A DNA stretch of 64,000 bases from Octopus sinensis. Taxonomy: Eukaryota. The translations under genes were made by a program, and so were the position numbers. The stretch covers positions 130,324,001-130,388,000 of the forward strand of contig NC_043001.1 in the NCBI RefSeq assembly GCF_006345805.1, read 5' to 3'. The notes beneath the pieces are model-generated. The model had not been told where the DNA came from. It worked only from the letters and a program-made list of their open reading frames with translations, and searched no databases. This document shows, in pieces, positions 51,677-64,000 of this stretch. Position 1 is the stretch's first letter. Every line of letters starts with the position of its first letter.

Positions 51677-51972
51677 ATGTCTGTATATATATATATATAT
51701 AATATATATAAATGTATGTATACATATATATATACTATATATGTATGTATATAAATGTCTGTATATATATATATATATATATTATTATATATAAAATGTC
51801 TGTATATTATATATATATATATATTATATATATATAAATGTATGTATACATATATATATACATATATATGTATGTATATAAATGTCTGTATATTATATAT
51901 ATATATATATAAAATGTCTGTATATATATAGATATATATATATATATATATATATATAAATTAATGTAATAC

Positions 51973-52004
<32 letters not shown>

Positions 52005-53875
52005 ATGAGTATGTATGTATCATGAATATTTACATATGCATACATATAAATATTATGCAGTTATGAGTATAGATATATATATGTACTTATAAATGTATGT
52101 GTACATAAGTGGATGTATATAAATATAACATAATATATATATATATATATACACACACATACATATACAGACACATGTGTATATATATATATATATGTGC
52201 GTGTGCATGTGTGTGTGCATATATCCATATCTATATATATATACAAATACATAGTTTACATATATACATATGCATAGTTTACAGCAAATGTGGTGTTCAA
52301 ATCCCAAAGGCGATGTTACCACTTTTTTCCCTATCTACTTTATTACTGTATCAGATGTATATGTAAATGCTTATATGTACACATATATGTGTATGTGTAC
52401 CTACATTGATATATATATATATATGTATTTGTGTTTCTGTGTGTGTCAAGAGTCACATGTGTGTTTGTGTGTGAATCAATACATTTGTCCGTGTATGTAT
52501 GTATGTACGTAGGTGTAATTTAATAGATCAATGTATGTGTATGTGTGAATATATGAATGTATGCTGGTGACATGTTTGAATACACAAACATGGAAGAAAG
52601 AAAGAGTTTGAATGTGTGTATCTATGTAACATACTTACTTGTGTACATGCCTGTGTGTGTGTATATGTGCATGTGTATGTGCTACTGATGCTGGCTGTGA
52701 AATGTGTAGAGAATGGCAAAAGTCGTATTGCAAGGACAGATGGACAATGCAAGGAAAAGGTTGGTGTGAGGAGAGAATTGTCTGTGTTAGTAAAGGATAC
52801 GTGGATCTAGGGTGGCTGAAGGCTGAAGTTGGTCAGTGAATGTGAGTCCATTAAGTAGACTAGAAACTAGTCACTGACCATTCCATGGCTTAAGGAGAAA
52901 AGAGGGAGAGAAAGACATTAGAGAGAAGAGAAAGTGATGGAAAAATGAGACAAAGACAATTTGTGTGGTTGTACTTGTGTGTGTGTGTATGTGTGTATGT
53001 GTGTGTGCATATATATATATATACATATATACACATATATATGTATGTATGTATATACTCAAACACACTTTTCCATATTTATATATTTATAGTATATGTA
53101 CACATTGATAAACCTTACACATACACACATTCATAAATGTATGTGTGTGTAAAGGGAAAGAAAGAGGAAACATTGGGAAAGGTTCAGAGAGAAATGATAA
53201 CATGTGTGGGGAATGGATGATTAACAGAATGAGAGAACACTGAAAGAAATTATAAGCCTTGGTGTCTTATTGAATCTATAATATACAAAGCAGCAGGACT
53301 GCACTGAGCAATGACAAAGGTTTTACAGTCTTGGACAATGAATTCACAATATAGTTTATGTAGCATTTTGCACATCTGTCTGTCTAGTAAGATATTCAAT
53401 AGCACTCACTGAAATTGAGTATTAGCCCCTCTTATATGATCTACTATTCTCAGCTGATATTCTTATGACAAAATTCAAGGCAGTATATTTGATATGTAAA
53501 TTTAGAAGCATGTTATTTATATTTGCATGTGGATGTGTGTATGTATCAATATCTGGAGTTGGAGTTGGGAAATTTAGCAGAGAGAATACAGGGTTGAGGA
53601 ACCTAATCAGTTCTGTTGAGAGCAAAGCAACATCTAAGATGCTGGTACAAAATACCCTCTGCACATTATGCAAAGTGTTTGCTGTTGTATAGGGGATCCA
53701 TCTATAGAAACCATGGCAAAACTGAATTGCTGGTGCAAGATGTGTTCCTCCAATCCATTGGCTCTTCCCCAACTATCCAATCCATGCCAGCATAGATTAC
53801 AGATGGAAAATAATATGATAATGATGATGATAAATGTATATCTGCATTGCATAATATACATATATATATATATAT

Positions 53876-53909
<34 letters not shown>

Positions 53910-54039
53910 AGGATAAGATCATTAATTTAAAATAAAATAACGATTTTATCAGGTGGCCAGCATGGAAAAAATAACCTTCAAAGGTAATAATTATTAAATT
54001 ATTAGATACCCTAATTTATAATTTTATATATATATATAT

Positions 54040-54545
54040 AAGTAAATAAATGGTACAACAAGGCACCAATATTTACTGGGAAATAGCTATCGATATAAAT
54101 ACGTCGCTATTGTATAGCTTCACTGCGTATATACTAGCAGAGACGTGTGTGTGCAACAAACATGAAAAAAATTTGTCTTACCTCTAGGAAGAACATTCGA
54201 TAAATGGACAACCTAGAATCAGATAATGCAGGACCGGTTTCTAACTCTTCAAATTGATGTGGCAACATTTGAAATTTTGTCTAGGTAAATGCAGCTGATG
54301 AAGACTAATCAAATTTATGCTGTCAAACGTATTTGAAGAGTTAGAAACCGGTCCTCCATTATCCAATTCTAGGTTGCCCATTTATCGAATGTTCTTGCTA
54401 GAGGTAAGACAAATTCTTTTCATGTTTGTTGCACACACACGTCTTTGCTAGTATATACGCAGTGAAGCTATACAATAGCATCATATTTATATCAATTTCT
54501 ATTTTCCAGTAAATATTTGTGCCTTGTTGTACCATTTATCTACTT
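54040..54545. mobile_element. Foldback element: about 215-bp inverted arms with a 76-nt spacer
   Basis: 54040-54254 vs 54331-54545, about 16 mismatches counted by eye; (TA)n on the left. Confidence 0.93.
54288..54360 (+). ncRNA. Minimal type I hammerhead ribozyme spanning the spacer/right-arm junction
   Basis: Stem I aatgcag/ctccatt (the left arm keeps the perfect ctgcatt); CTGATGA 54295-301; stem II gact/agtt plus tcaaat/atttga; GAAA 54344-47; stem III palindrome ACCGGT; triplet GTC, cut after 54353. First stem II position is an A-A mismatch. Confidence 0.72.
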
Positions 54546-55018
54546 TTATATGTATAATTTTACCCTTATGGGGCTATCTTTTACTGGAAAGTATACATTT
54601 GTATTGCTTTAAGTATTTTTCATATATAATATAAATATATATATATTATATATATATATATATATATTATATATCTATATAATATATTGAAGTAGATAAA
54701 TGAATTATCTTATTACGATAATTCGAAAGATAACCGATACCTGGGTAGCAAAATTCACAACAGAAAGGGCACATAAAATAAATCAAATATAAACACCAGT
54801 CATACAGAATACATTCATACTCTTTGATTTTCCTGTACCCTCCTTCTACTACTTTGATTCTGACCTTGAACTATCTCAACGGACAATCTCTTCTACTTTC
54901 ATCCAATCTGGCATCAACGCATATAAATAGACATTTTGTATCATTAATTTCATGGGCTCCTCATGAGCGTTTGTCGAAAAGCTTGTTGTGCATTTTGTTG
55001 GAGAATTAAGTTCCTGGA

Positions 55019-55102
55019 TTTTCCTGAAGAGAAAGCTGCAAAATGGACTCCTTATTCAATCGGAATTAGGGACTTTGCAGACTTCGAAACATATGTTGAA
55101 AA
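55019..55102 (+). ncRNA. Minimal type I hammerhead ribozyme (CTGAAGA core)
   Basis: Stem I ttttc/gaaaa; CTGAAGA 55024-30; stem II gaa/ttc plus ctgcaaa/tttgcag; GAAA 55086-89; stem III AC-atat-GT (palindrome acatatgt); triplet GTT. Confidence 0.8.
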
Positions 55103-55246
55103 TAAAATAAAGGAATTTTGTTAAATCTTCATTCAGCTCCATTCTTTCCTATACTTAATGTATATATATATATATATATATATAATACATGTTTTATATA
55201 TGCATAAAATAAATGTATATTAAATATATATTGCACATGTATATAT

Positions 55247-55426
55247 ATGGCACATAAAAGCACCCGTTACACACTCAGAATGGTTGGCATTAGGAAGGGC
55301 ATCCAGCATGCCAAATCAGACTGGAGTCTGGTGGAACCTTCCAGCTTGCCAGCCCTAGTCAAACCTTCCAACCCATGCCAGCATGGACAACGGGCGCTAA
55401 ATGATGATGATGATGATGATGATGAT
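55247..55426 (+). mobile_element. Family D element, short
   Basis: ggcacataaaagcacc..ggaagggcatccag..aacccatgccagcatgg..(GAT)n. Confidence 0.8.
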
Positions 55427-55807
55427 ACACATACTTCAAGTTTTGCAGGTCCCTGATGGAAGCCCGACTCCTTCCAGTTTGGTAGCTGTAGTCAGTCAGA
55501 GAGTTTCACACCCATAAAGTGCTTAGCTGCATAGGGGACTTGTCAGCCTCAAGGAAATATTTCTTTATACATATGTGCGTGAACGTGAGTGTGTAAAACA
55601 ATGTGGACTAACTTATGAATAAAAGTGTGTTTGTTTTATAAAAATATCTTTGTGTTTATGTGTACATAAAATCTTATAAGAAAATGTCAATAATTACATT
55701 TTTCAAACTTTGCTTTCCTCTCATTTAATACTTCAGTACTGCTTTGTCCAAATATTAATAATCGTACATATAATAAAGTGTAATGTGTGTCTTGTCAGTC
55801 ACACTGG

Positions 55808-56185
55808 TATTAAGTGGTGATGTGGTAAGAAGCTTGCTTCTTAACCGCATAGTTTCCAGTTCAGTTCCACTGCATGGTGCTTTAGGTATGTGTCTTCCAC
55901 TAAAGCCTTGGGCCAACCAAAGCATTGAGTGGATTTGGTTGATGGAAACTGAAAGAAGCCCTTCATATATATCAATGTGCATGTGGGTTTGTGTTTATTC
56001 CCCACCACCACTTTACAACTGGTGTTGGCGTATTTGCATCCCTGTAACTTAGCAGTTCAGCAAAAGACATCAACACAACATGTACCACGTTTAAAAACCT
56101 ATGTACTAGGGTCAATTTATTTGACTCAAAACTTTTTCATAGTAGTGCCCCAACATGGCCACAATCTAATGATTGAAACAAGCAA
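55808..56185 (+). mobile_element. SINE family A, diverged
   Basis: Head gatgtggtaagaagcttgc, CORE-like body, tail ccaacatggccaca..atgattgaaacaag. Confidence 0.8.
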
Positions 56186-56575
56186 AAGATGAAAGATATA
56201 TATATACAGAGGGGCTTCTTTCAGTTTCCATCCATTAAATTCACTTACAAGTCTTTGGTTGCCCAGTCACGAGAACCATGCAGCTGGAAAGCAACCTACC
56301 TACATCCACACCTGTGCCTCCCAACACACACACATACACACACAATGTGTACTATACACACAATTTGCTCCAACAATTTGTCACTCGATCTGTTTTTTTA
56401 AGCGTATGTAGTTTGTGTGTTGTTTTTAGAGTTGTTTTGTACATCAAAATGGCAACATTGAAATAACAATATTTTAAATGTGCACTTTCTCTATTGCATA
56501 TACTAACTGGAGCATTGGGATATATTTTGTGTTGCCTGAAAATATTTTGTATGGAATATACAATTATCCACCCTC

Positions 56576-56608
<33 letters not shown>

Positions 56609-56983
56609 ATACATACATACATATATATATATATATACATACATATATAATGTATATATATATATATATATAATATATGTATATATGTATATGTTATATA
56701 TATACATGTATATATATATGTATATATATATATATATGTATGTATGTATGTATGTATGGTATATATATATATTCTATATATATATATATATTATATATAT
56801 AGATAGATAGATAGATAGATAGACATACAGACATATATATGGATGTGTATGGTGCACAATTTTATCTATGAATCTATATCCAAATGGGTGTGTGTGTACA
56901 TTGAAATATATACATTATATATATGTATGTATACATGTACGTATATCTATCGTATGTATGATGTATATATGGTATGTATGTAG

Positions 56984-57023
<40 letters not shown>

Positions 57024-57074
57024 ACATGTACGTATATCTATCGTATGTATGTATGATATATGTATGTATGTATG

Positions 57075-57121
<47 letters not shown>

Positions 57122-57193
57122 ACATGTATATAAGTACATGAACACTTATGCTTGTGTATACACACATACACATATCTATGCATATATATATAC

Positions 57194-57224
<31 letters not shown>

Positions 57225-57686
57225 CATGTATGTATATGTATGCATATACATATATCTATAGCTATCTATCAATCCATATATATATATATATTTATATACA
57301 GATATATGTACATGTGTGTAAGAGTATAAATATTTATATATAATTATGTAAGTATGTTTCAGTCAGAGGATAAAAAATATGGGTTCATTTTGAAATGATT
57401 TCGTTTGCTTTGGTCCATTGTGAGCTTATCTTTTCATTTATTTTTCTTTTCCCCACTTTTTTTTTGTCAGAAACTCTACCATTTTTTTCACCCTCCATTG
57501 CTATTATAGTTTTTTTTTTAACACCCATCAACAATACATGAACTAAAAGAAGAGCATCATAAAAAGAAAGTTAGCACAATTGGAAACAAATAAGTATATT
57601 CAATAGAAGAGAAACGTATAAATATATGGTGCAAAAAAATCTTTATATAAAGCAATTGTGATAAAATAAATCAAAAGATATATAAA

Positions 57687-57762
<76 letters not shown>

Positions 57763-58066
57763 TATATATAATGTGTGTATTTATGATGTATGTGTATATA
57801 TATATATACAATGTGTGTATTTATGTATGTATGCATTATATATATATTTATATATACATATGTATCATCATCATCATCATCATCGTTTAACGTCCGCTTT
57901 CCAATATAAATATATATATGCATATAAATATATATATGTATATATGTGTATATATGCATATAAATATATATGTATATATATTATATGTGCATATAAATAT
58001 ATATGTATGTAGTATGTATGTATGTATGTATTTTTCAAATCTTTTTTTATCATTTGTATGTGTGTG

Positions 58067-58109
<43 letters not shown>

Positions 58110-58640
58110 TAAATTGGTAAAAAATTTGTAACAAATGTGCAGGGGATAATGTTTTTGTATGGAGACTTGTAACCGCAGAAAATGTCATGCATTGATACGA
58201 AAAATAATAATAATTTGGAAAGTTATTGAACCGTCAGTGGGGTGGAATGGTAACGACAGATGAAATGCAATGAAAGATGCTTTGTAAGGGAAATATGAAG
58301 ACAGTAAAAGACAAATGTTTTGTGGGAGCCGTGTGTATTTGTAAGTGTGAGTGTGTATGTGTGTGAAAGAGAGAGAAGACGAGAAAGAGAGAAAGTGGGG
58401 GAGAAAGAGAGAGAGAGACAGAGATATATATATATAGAGAGAGAGAGAGTATGCAGTTTATAAAATGGGTTTTGCTCTTGGAAAATCAACAGAATTGTAT
58501 TGGATGTAAGAAATGGATTTATGATGAGAGAAAGACATATTTCTTAGGATATATATACATACATATATATTTCCTTCTTGGTTATTGTGTGTGAGTGTTT
58601 ATATAGACAGATAGATAGATAGATAAATAGACAGATAAAA

Positions 58641-58742
58641 ATAGATGTGGCTGGTCTGTGGGGTTACTCTGGGTTTCACGTCCATAAAGTGCTTAGCTTT
58701 ACAGTGAAACCCAGGGTAACCCCATAGACTGGTCATATCTAT
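58641..58742. repeat. Hairpin with 39-bp arms (palindromic MITE-like family)
   Basis: Arms 58641-79 and 58704-42; related pieces at about 20272-20395, 48180-48220 and 55500-55540. Confidence 0.85.
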
Positions 58743-58873
58743 ATTTGTCTATATATTCTATATTCTACTGCTCTATAACTTAGAGTGCACTTCTCTTTCA
58801 GATCTAAGATTTACTGACAATATATGTATACATATATATACACATATGTGTATGTGTGTATATATATATATAT

Positions 58874-59114
58874 ATCACGTGATCACGTGACCGACCAGAC
58901 CATCAGATGTTGTTACACATCGCTGGTCACAATGCGTTCGCATTGTTTTTTAGCCTTCGAATGACGCCACCCCTCTGGCTAAGTGAGCAGGCCAACAGAA
59001 GAAAGAGTGGGAGAAAGAGTGGTGAAAGAGTACAGCAGGGATCACCACCCCCTGCCGGAGATCACCACCCCCTGCCGGAGATCACCACCCCCTGCCGGAG
59101 ATCACCACCCCCTG
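58874..59114 (-). mobile_element. SINE family C, 5'-truncated at a 20-bp tandem repeat
   Basis: Tail and body homologous to 36535; the head is replaced by (atcaccaccccctgccggag) x3.7. Confidence 0.88.
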
Positions 59115-59134
59115 ATATATATATATATATATAT

Positions 59135-59600
59135 CATCATCACCATCGTTTAACGTCTGCTTTCCATGCTAGCATGGGTGGGACGACTTTGACTGAGGGC
59201 TGGTGAACCAGATGGCTGCACTAGGCTCCAATCTTGATCTAGCAGAGTTTCTACAGCTGGATGCCCTTCCTAACACCAACCACTCCGTGAGTGTAGTGGG
59301 TGCTTTTTACATGCCACCGGCACGGGGCCAGCCAGGCAGTACTGGCAATGACCTCGCTCAAATCTTTTTACACATGCCACCGGCACAGGTGCCAGTAAGG
59401 CAACGCTGGTAACGATCATGCTCGAATGGTGCCTTTTACATGCCACCGACATGGAAGCCAGTTAGCTGCTCTGGCAACGATCACACTCAGATGGTGCTCT
59501 TGGCACCCTACTAGCACGGGCACAAGTGCCAGTAAGGCGACGCTGGTAACGATCACACTTGAATGGTGCCTTTTATGTGCCACTTCCTAACGCCAACCAC
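59135..59600 (-). mobile_element. Family D element with about 60-bp internal subunits
   Basis: RTE-type tail at 59135-59300, followed by repeated ggtaacgatca..gaatggtgcctttta..tgccac units. Confidence 0.8.
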
Positions 59601-59964
59601 TATACATATATATATATATATATAGGGCAATGAATAACCATGGGATTGCACGTAGAAATTTACCCTACAAATCACAAGTCCAGGTTGTTTATGGATGATC
59701 TATAGCTGCCTGTGCATTTCAGCCTCCCCCCTCTATATCACCAATGTTATCCAAGAGAAAGACAAATTCCAATACAGCTTGGCACCAGTGATGTCACAAC
59801 TAATTTCTACAGCTGAGTGAACTGGAGCAACGTGAAATAAAGTTTCTTGCTCAAGAACACAACACAGCCTGCTCTGGGAATCAAACTCACTACTTTGTAA
59901 TGTGAGACTGGTGCTCTAACCACTGAGCCATGTGCCTTCACATTCTTGATACATATATATATAT

Positions 59965-60019
<55 letters not shown>

Positions 60020-60231
60020 ATATATATATATATATTATATATATATATATATAATATATAATAATAATAAATATTAGGGAATAAATCCAAATTTACAGGG
60101 AAAATCAGATTTAGGATTGAATCCAATTTTATAGTAAAAATATAATATTAATTAGAGACACAAACCACTATTATGCAAATCAAACAAAGAAAGACTTAAT
60201 CCAATACATAAAAAATTTATATAAATATGTA

Positions 60232-60880
60232 ATGGTAAGAAGCCTGCTTTCCAACCACATGGTTCCAATTCAGTCAACCTGTGTGACACCTTGGGCAAGT
60301 GTCTTCTTTGTGGATTTGATAGATGGATACAGAGAGAAGTTTGTCATATATGTGTGTGAGTTTCTTTGCGTATGTGTTTAACATTTCAACACTGCTTGAC
60401 AACTGGTGTTGGTGTGTTTACATCCCCATAGCTTAGTGGTTCAGCAAATAAGACTGATAATCTAAGCACTAGGCTTCAAAAAAAAAAAGCTCTGGGGTTG
60501 ATTTGTTTGACTACAACCCTTCAAGGTGGTGCCCCAGCATGGCCACAGTCAAATAACTGAAACAAGTAAAAGGTAAAGGATTATATATATAATGAGTGGC
60601 TGTGAGGTAAGTAGTTTGCTTACCAACAACATAGTTCTGGGTTCAGTCCCACTGTGTGGCACCTTGGGTAAGTGTCTTCTATTATAGCCTCGGGCCAACC
60701 AAAGCCTTGGGAGCGGATTTGGTGGACGGAAACTGAAAGAAGCCCATCGTACATATATATATGTATGTATGTATGTGTGTGTGTGTGTGTGTGTGTGGTG
60801 TATGTCTATATTTGTTTCCCACCACATCACTTGACAACAGATGGTGGTGTGTTTATGTCCCTGTAACTTAGCGGTTTAGC
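60232..60880 (+). mobile_element. Two tandem SINE family A copies
   Basis: Heads at about 60232 and 60595, each with a CORE-like body. Confidence 0.82.
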
Positions 60881-60934
60881 ATGAAACAAAGTGATTGTAA
60901 AGTGAGAATCTTAACCACACAGCCATGCCTGCAC

Positions 60935-60968
<34 letters not shown>

Positions 60969-61398
60969 TGTTATATTTGGGGATGGTCATAGTTTACTAA
61001 TTAAACACATGCACTGTGCATTTGGTCTTCACTTCAGCTTTATTATAATCATTTTTAATTTCTTTGCCAAAACTCTTTCATCACACATCCAGTGTTGACA
61101 TCATCATCATCATCATCATCATCATCCTCATCATGAGAACAAAGACAAACCAACAAAAGAAACTGCAACCGAAGATAATGATAAAAAAAAAATGACTACC
61201 ACTGCTAAACTTGCACAAACTACTGTTCATACCAAATGCTTTCAGAAGAACAACAACAAAAACAACATCAACAACAGCAACAGACAAATAATAGGATTAG
61301 ATGTCTTAGTAAAAACCTATTCTTCCGTTTTTATTTCTTTAAATTATTTATAAAAAAATTTTTTTTTTATCAATTCCTATTTATTTAACTAACATCTA

Positions 61399-61792
61399 TT
61401 ACTCTTTACTCTTTTACTTGTTTCAGTCATTTTCACTGTGGCCATGCTGGAGCACCGCCTTTAATCGACCAAATCGACCCTGGGACTTATTCTTTGTAAG
61501 CCCAGTACTTATTCTATCGGTCTCTTTTGCCGAACCGCTAAGTTATGGGGACGTAAACACACCAACATCGGTTGTCAAGCAATGCTAGGGGGACAAACAC
61601 AGACACACAAACACACACACATACATATATATAGGCTTCTTTCAGTTTCCGTCTACCAAATCCACTCACAAGGCATTGGTCGGCCCGGGGTTATAGCAGA
61701 AGACACTTGCCCAAAATGCCATGCAGTGGGACTGAACCCGGAACCATGTGGCTGGTTAGCAAGCTACTTACCACACAGCCACTCCTGCGCCT
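61399..61792 (-). mobile_element. SINE family A, full length
   Basis: Reverse complement of the 7760/32320 copies. Confidence 0.92.
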
Positions 61793-62113
61793 ATATCTAT
61801 CTGTATTCAATTTTATTTTATTTTATTTTTTACACACTCTTAACATGATTTCAATAAACAGAGTAATTTACAAGTAAAATAATTATAACTTTTATCAGAA
61901 AACCCTATGTGACAGAGAAACAAACCACTCCCCTCACACTACAATTACCTTCAACTTATATCACTACCCACCAACCCACCCCTGCCATCACAAAAGATAG
62001 TCATTTACTACCCAACACTTAACATTGATATATAAGCATACCCAACCAACACATCCCCCCACCTAACAAGATTTAGAAACTATTTTCAATCCTAATTTTG
62101 CTGTTGGTATTAT

Positions 62114-62292
62114 GCTTAAAATTTCTTCTTCTTCTTCTTCTTCTTCTTCTTCTTCTTCTTCTTCTTCTTCTTCTTCTTCTTCTTCTTCTTCTTCTTCTTC
62201 TTCTCTTCTTCTTTTTCTTTTCTTTCTTACTTCTTCTTCTTGTCTTCTTCTTCTTCTTCTCTTCTTCTTCTTTCTTCCTTCTTCTTCTTCTT
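62114..62292 (+). repeat. (CTT)n microsatellite
   Basis: Direct reading; explains the poly-E/S/L ORFs. Confidence 0.95.
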
Positions 62293-62335
62293 TAATCATT
62301 ATTGAAATTCATGTATATATATATATACACACATG

Positions 62336-62367
<32 letters not shown>

Positions 62368-62492
62368 TACATATATATATATGTATATTTATTTATTTAT
62401 ACATATGCATACACAAGTATATATAATATATATATATACTTCTCAGAGCTCTAAGTCTTACTTGCTTTATTACTATTATTATTGTTTTATTA

Positions 62493-62538
<46 letters not shown>

Positions 62539-62914
62539 TTTTATCATCCTCTCTTTTATATAATAAAAGTTTACTTCACTGTTTATTCCCTGTTTTCATC
62601 ATCCCTTCATTCTTTTTTTTTTCCCTTCAAACCTTCCTTCCTTCTTCCTTTCTTTCTTTCTTTTTTTATTCATTCCTCGTTTTCATTTCAATTTAAAAGA
62701 ATTTCCTTTCATTTTCTTAGTTTTAACTACAGAAGTATTGTTTGCAATTTACTTTGGATTTAATTTTATATCTTCTTTTATTTCTTTTTCCCTCTTTTTT
62801 TTCATGTATTTTACTTTTATCTTTTATATTATACGTGTGTGTGTATAAATTTAAAAGCAATATATATATATATATATAATTTATGTGTGTGTATATATAT
62901 ATAAATTTAAAAGC

Positions 62915-62957
<43 letters not shown>

Positions 62958-63650
62958 TACATATATACATATATACACACACTCATATATATATATATAT
63001 ATATAAATTAAAAGGAACATATATATATATACATATATAAATATTCTATTTCAAATAATACTTTTTAAAATTCATTGTTTTACTGATTTTTATGTTTTAC
63101 TGGTTTTTCCTTTTTTTTTCTTACCTTATTTATTTTTGCTATTATTACCATTCTTTTCTTGAAAACCATCTTTTAGTGAAATATATAATCTTGAGAAGTT
63201 TTAAAAGCTTTATGACACATTGAGGTATCGAAAGAGATATCTAAGTTTAGAATGCGGTGGAGTCTATTGACAGATAAGTTACATGGTAGGAAATAACCGT
63301 TTTTACAGTCAGTTTCTCTAAGCCCTTTATTATTCCCATGAAACAGACAATTCCTCCGCCTCTAGGAAGCTTTTTAAGTCTTTTGAGGTATAAGCAAAGA
63401 CACAGAGAGGGAGCAAAGGAGAATGAGAGAGAGAGAGGAAATGGTGTGAGAGGGAGGGGAAGAAGGAGAGAGAGAGATGGTTAGGGATAGAGGGCAATTA
63501 TATATACCTTATTCAATTAAAACAAATGAATTAAAAGGAGTCAGACAGCTAGCTCTCCATTAGAATGTAACAAGTAATTTTTGTTTTAGCATTTCATTTA
63601 AAGCCACTCTGTTTCAAATCCCCTTATAAACATGTAGTGTGTATATGAGT

Positions 63651-63687
<37 letters not shown>

Positions 63688-63744
63688 TTAATATATATAT
63701 AATATATACAAGTAATGTAATGTATATATAATATATGTATATAT

Positions 63745-63788
<44 letters not shown>

Positions 63789-64000
63789 TATATATATATA
63801 ATGTAATGTATGTATGTGTATATATATAAATGTGCCACAAAATATATATATATGTACACATTACCACACCACATACAAACGTGAACTGATAAACCTTTGT
63901 GTGTGTGTTTATTGTCAACTGAAGTATTTGCATTACTGTGTGTACGCCGAATTATACCATATTTATTTGCACAAATAATACATTCCATGAGAATTAATGA

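Overview
AT-rich, extremely repeat-dense animal genomic DNA. From memory, the SINE families and microsatellite density match Octopus (coleoid cephalopod); this was not checked against a database. Nearly all ORFs in the supplied track are microsatellite or low-complexity artefacts. Supported content: (1) three or more short exon-like segments with strong splice sites on the minus strand (37.3-42.0 kb), from a long-intron gene I cannot name; (2) decayed autonomous elements: a maT/DD37D-like mariner, a Tc1, a hAT with BED finger, a Penelope-like RT, two R4/Dong-like RLE LINE ends and two RTE LINE ends; (3) dozens of tRNA-derived SINEs in about five families, including orientation-biased clusters in (ATT)n tracts; (4) several foldback/palindromic elements; (5) a 100-N gap. 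The most notable signal is a set of minimal type I hammerhead ribozymes: four well-formed (12836, 45308, 54288, 55019), one inverted partner (45114), and variant or degenerate ones (7349, 47995, 45744, 54956). Each well-formed one has a different palindromic stem III, and most sit in short elements next to (TA)n, several folded back on themselves. This looks like a set of Penelope-dependent, non-autonomous ribozyme elements. Hammerheads in Penelope-like elements are known; whether these particular families are described needs checking.
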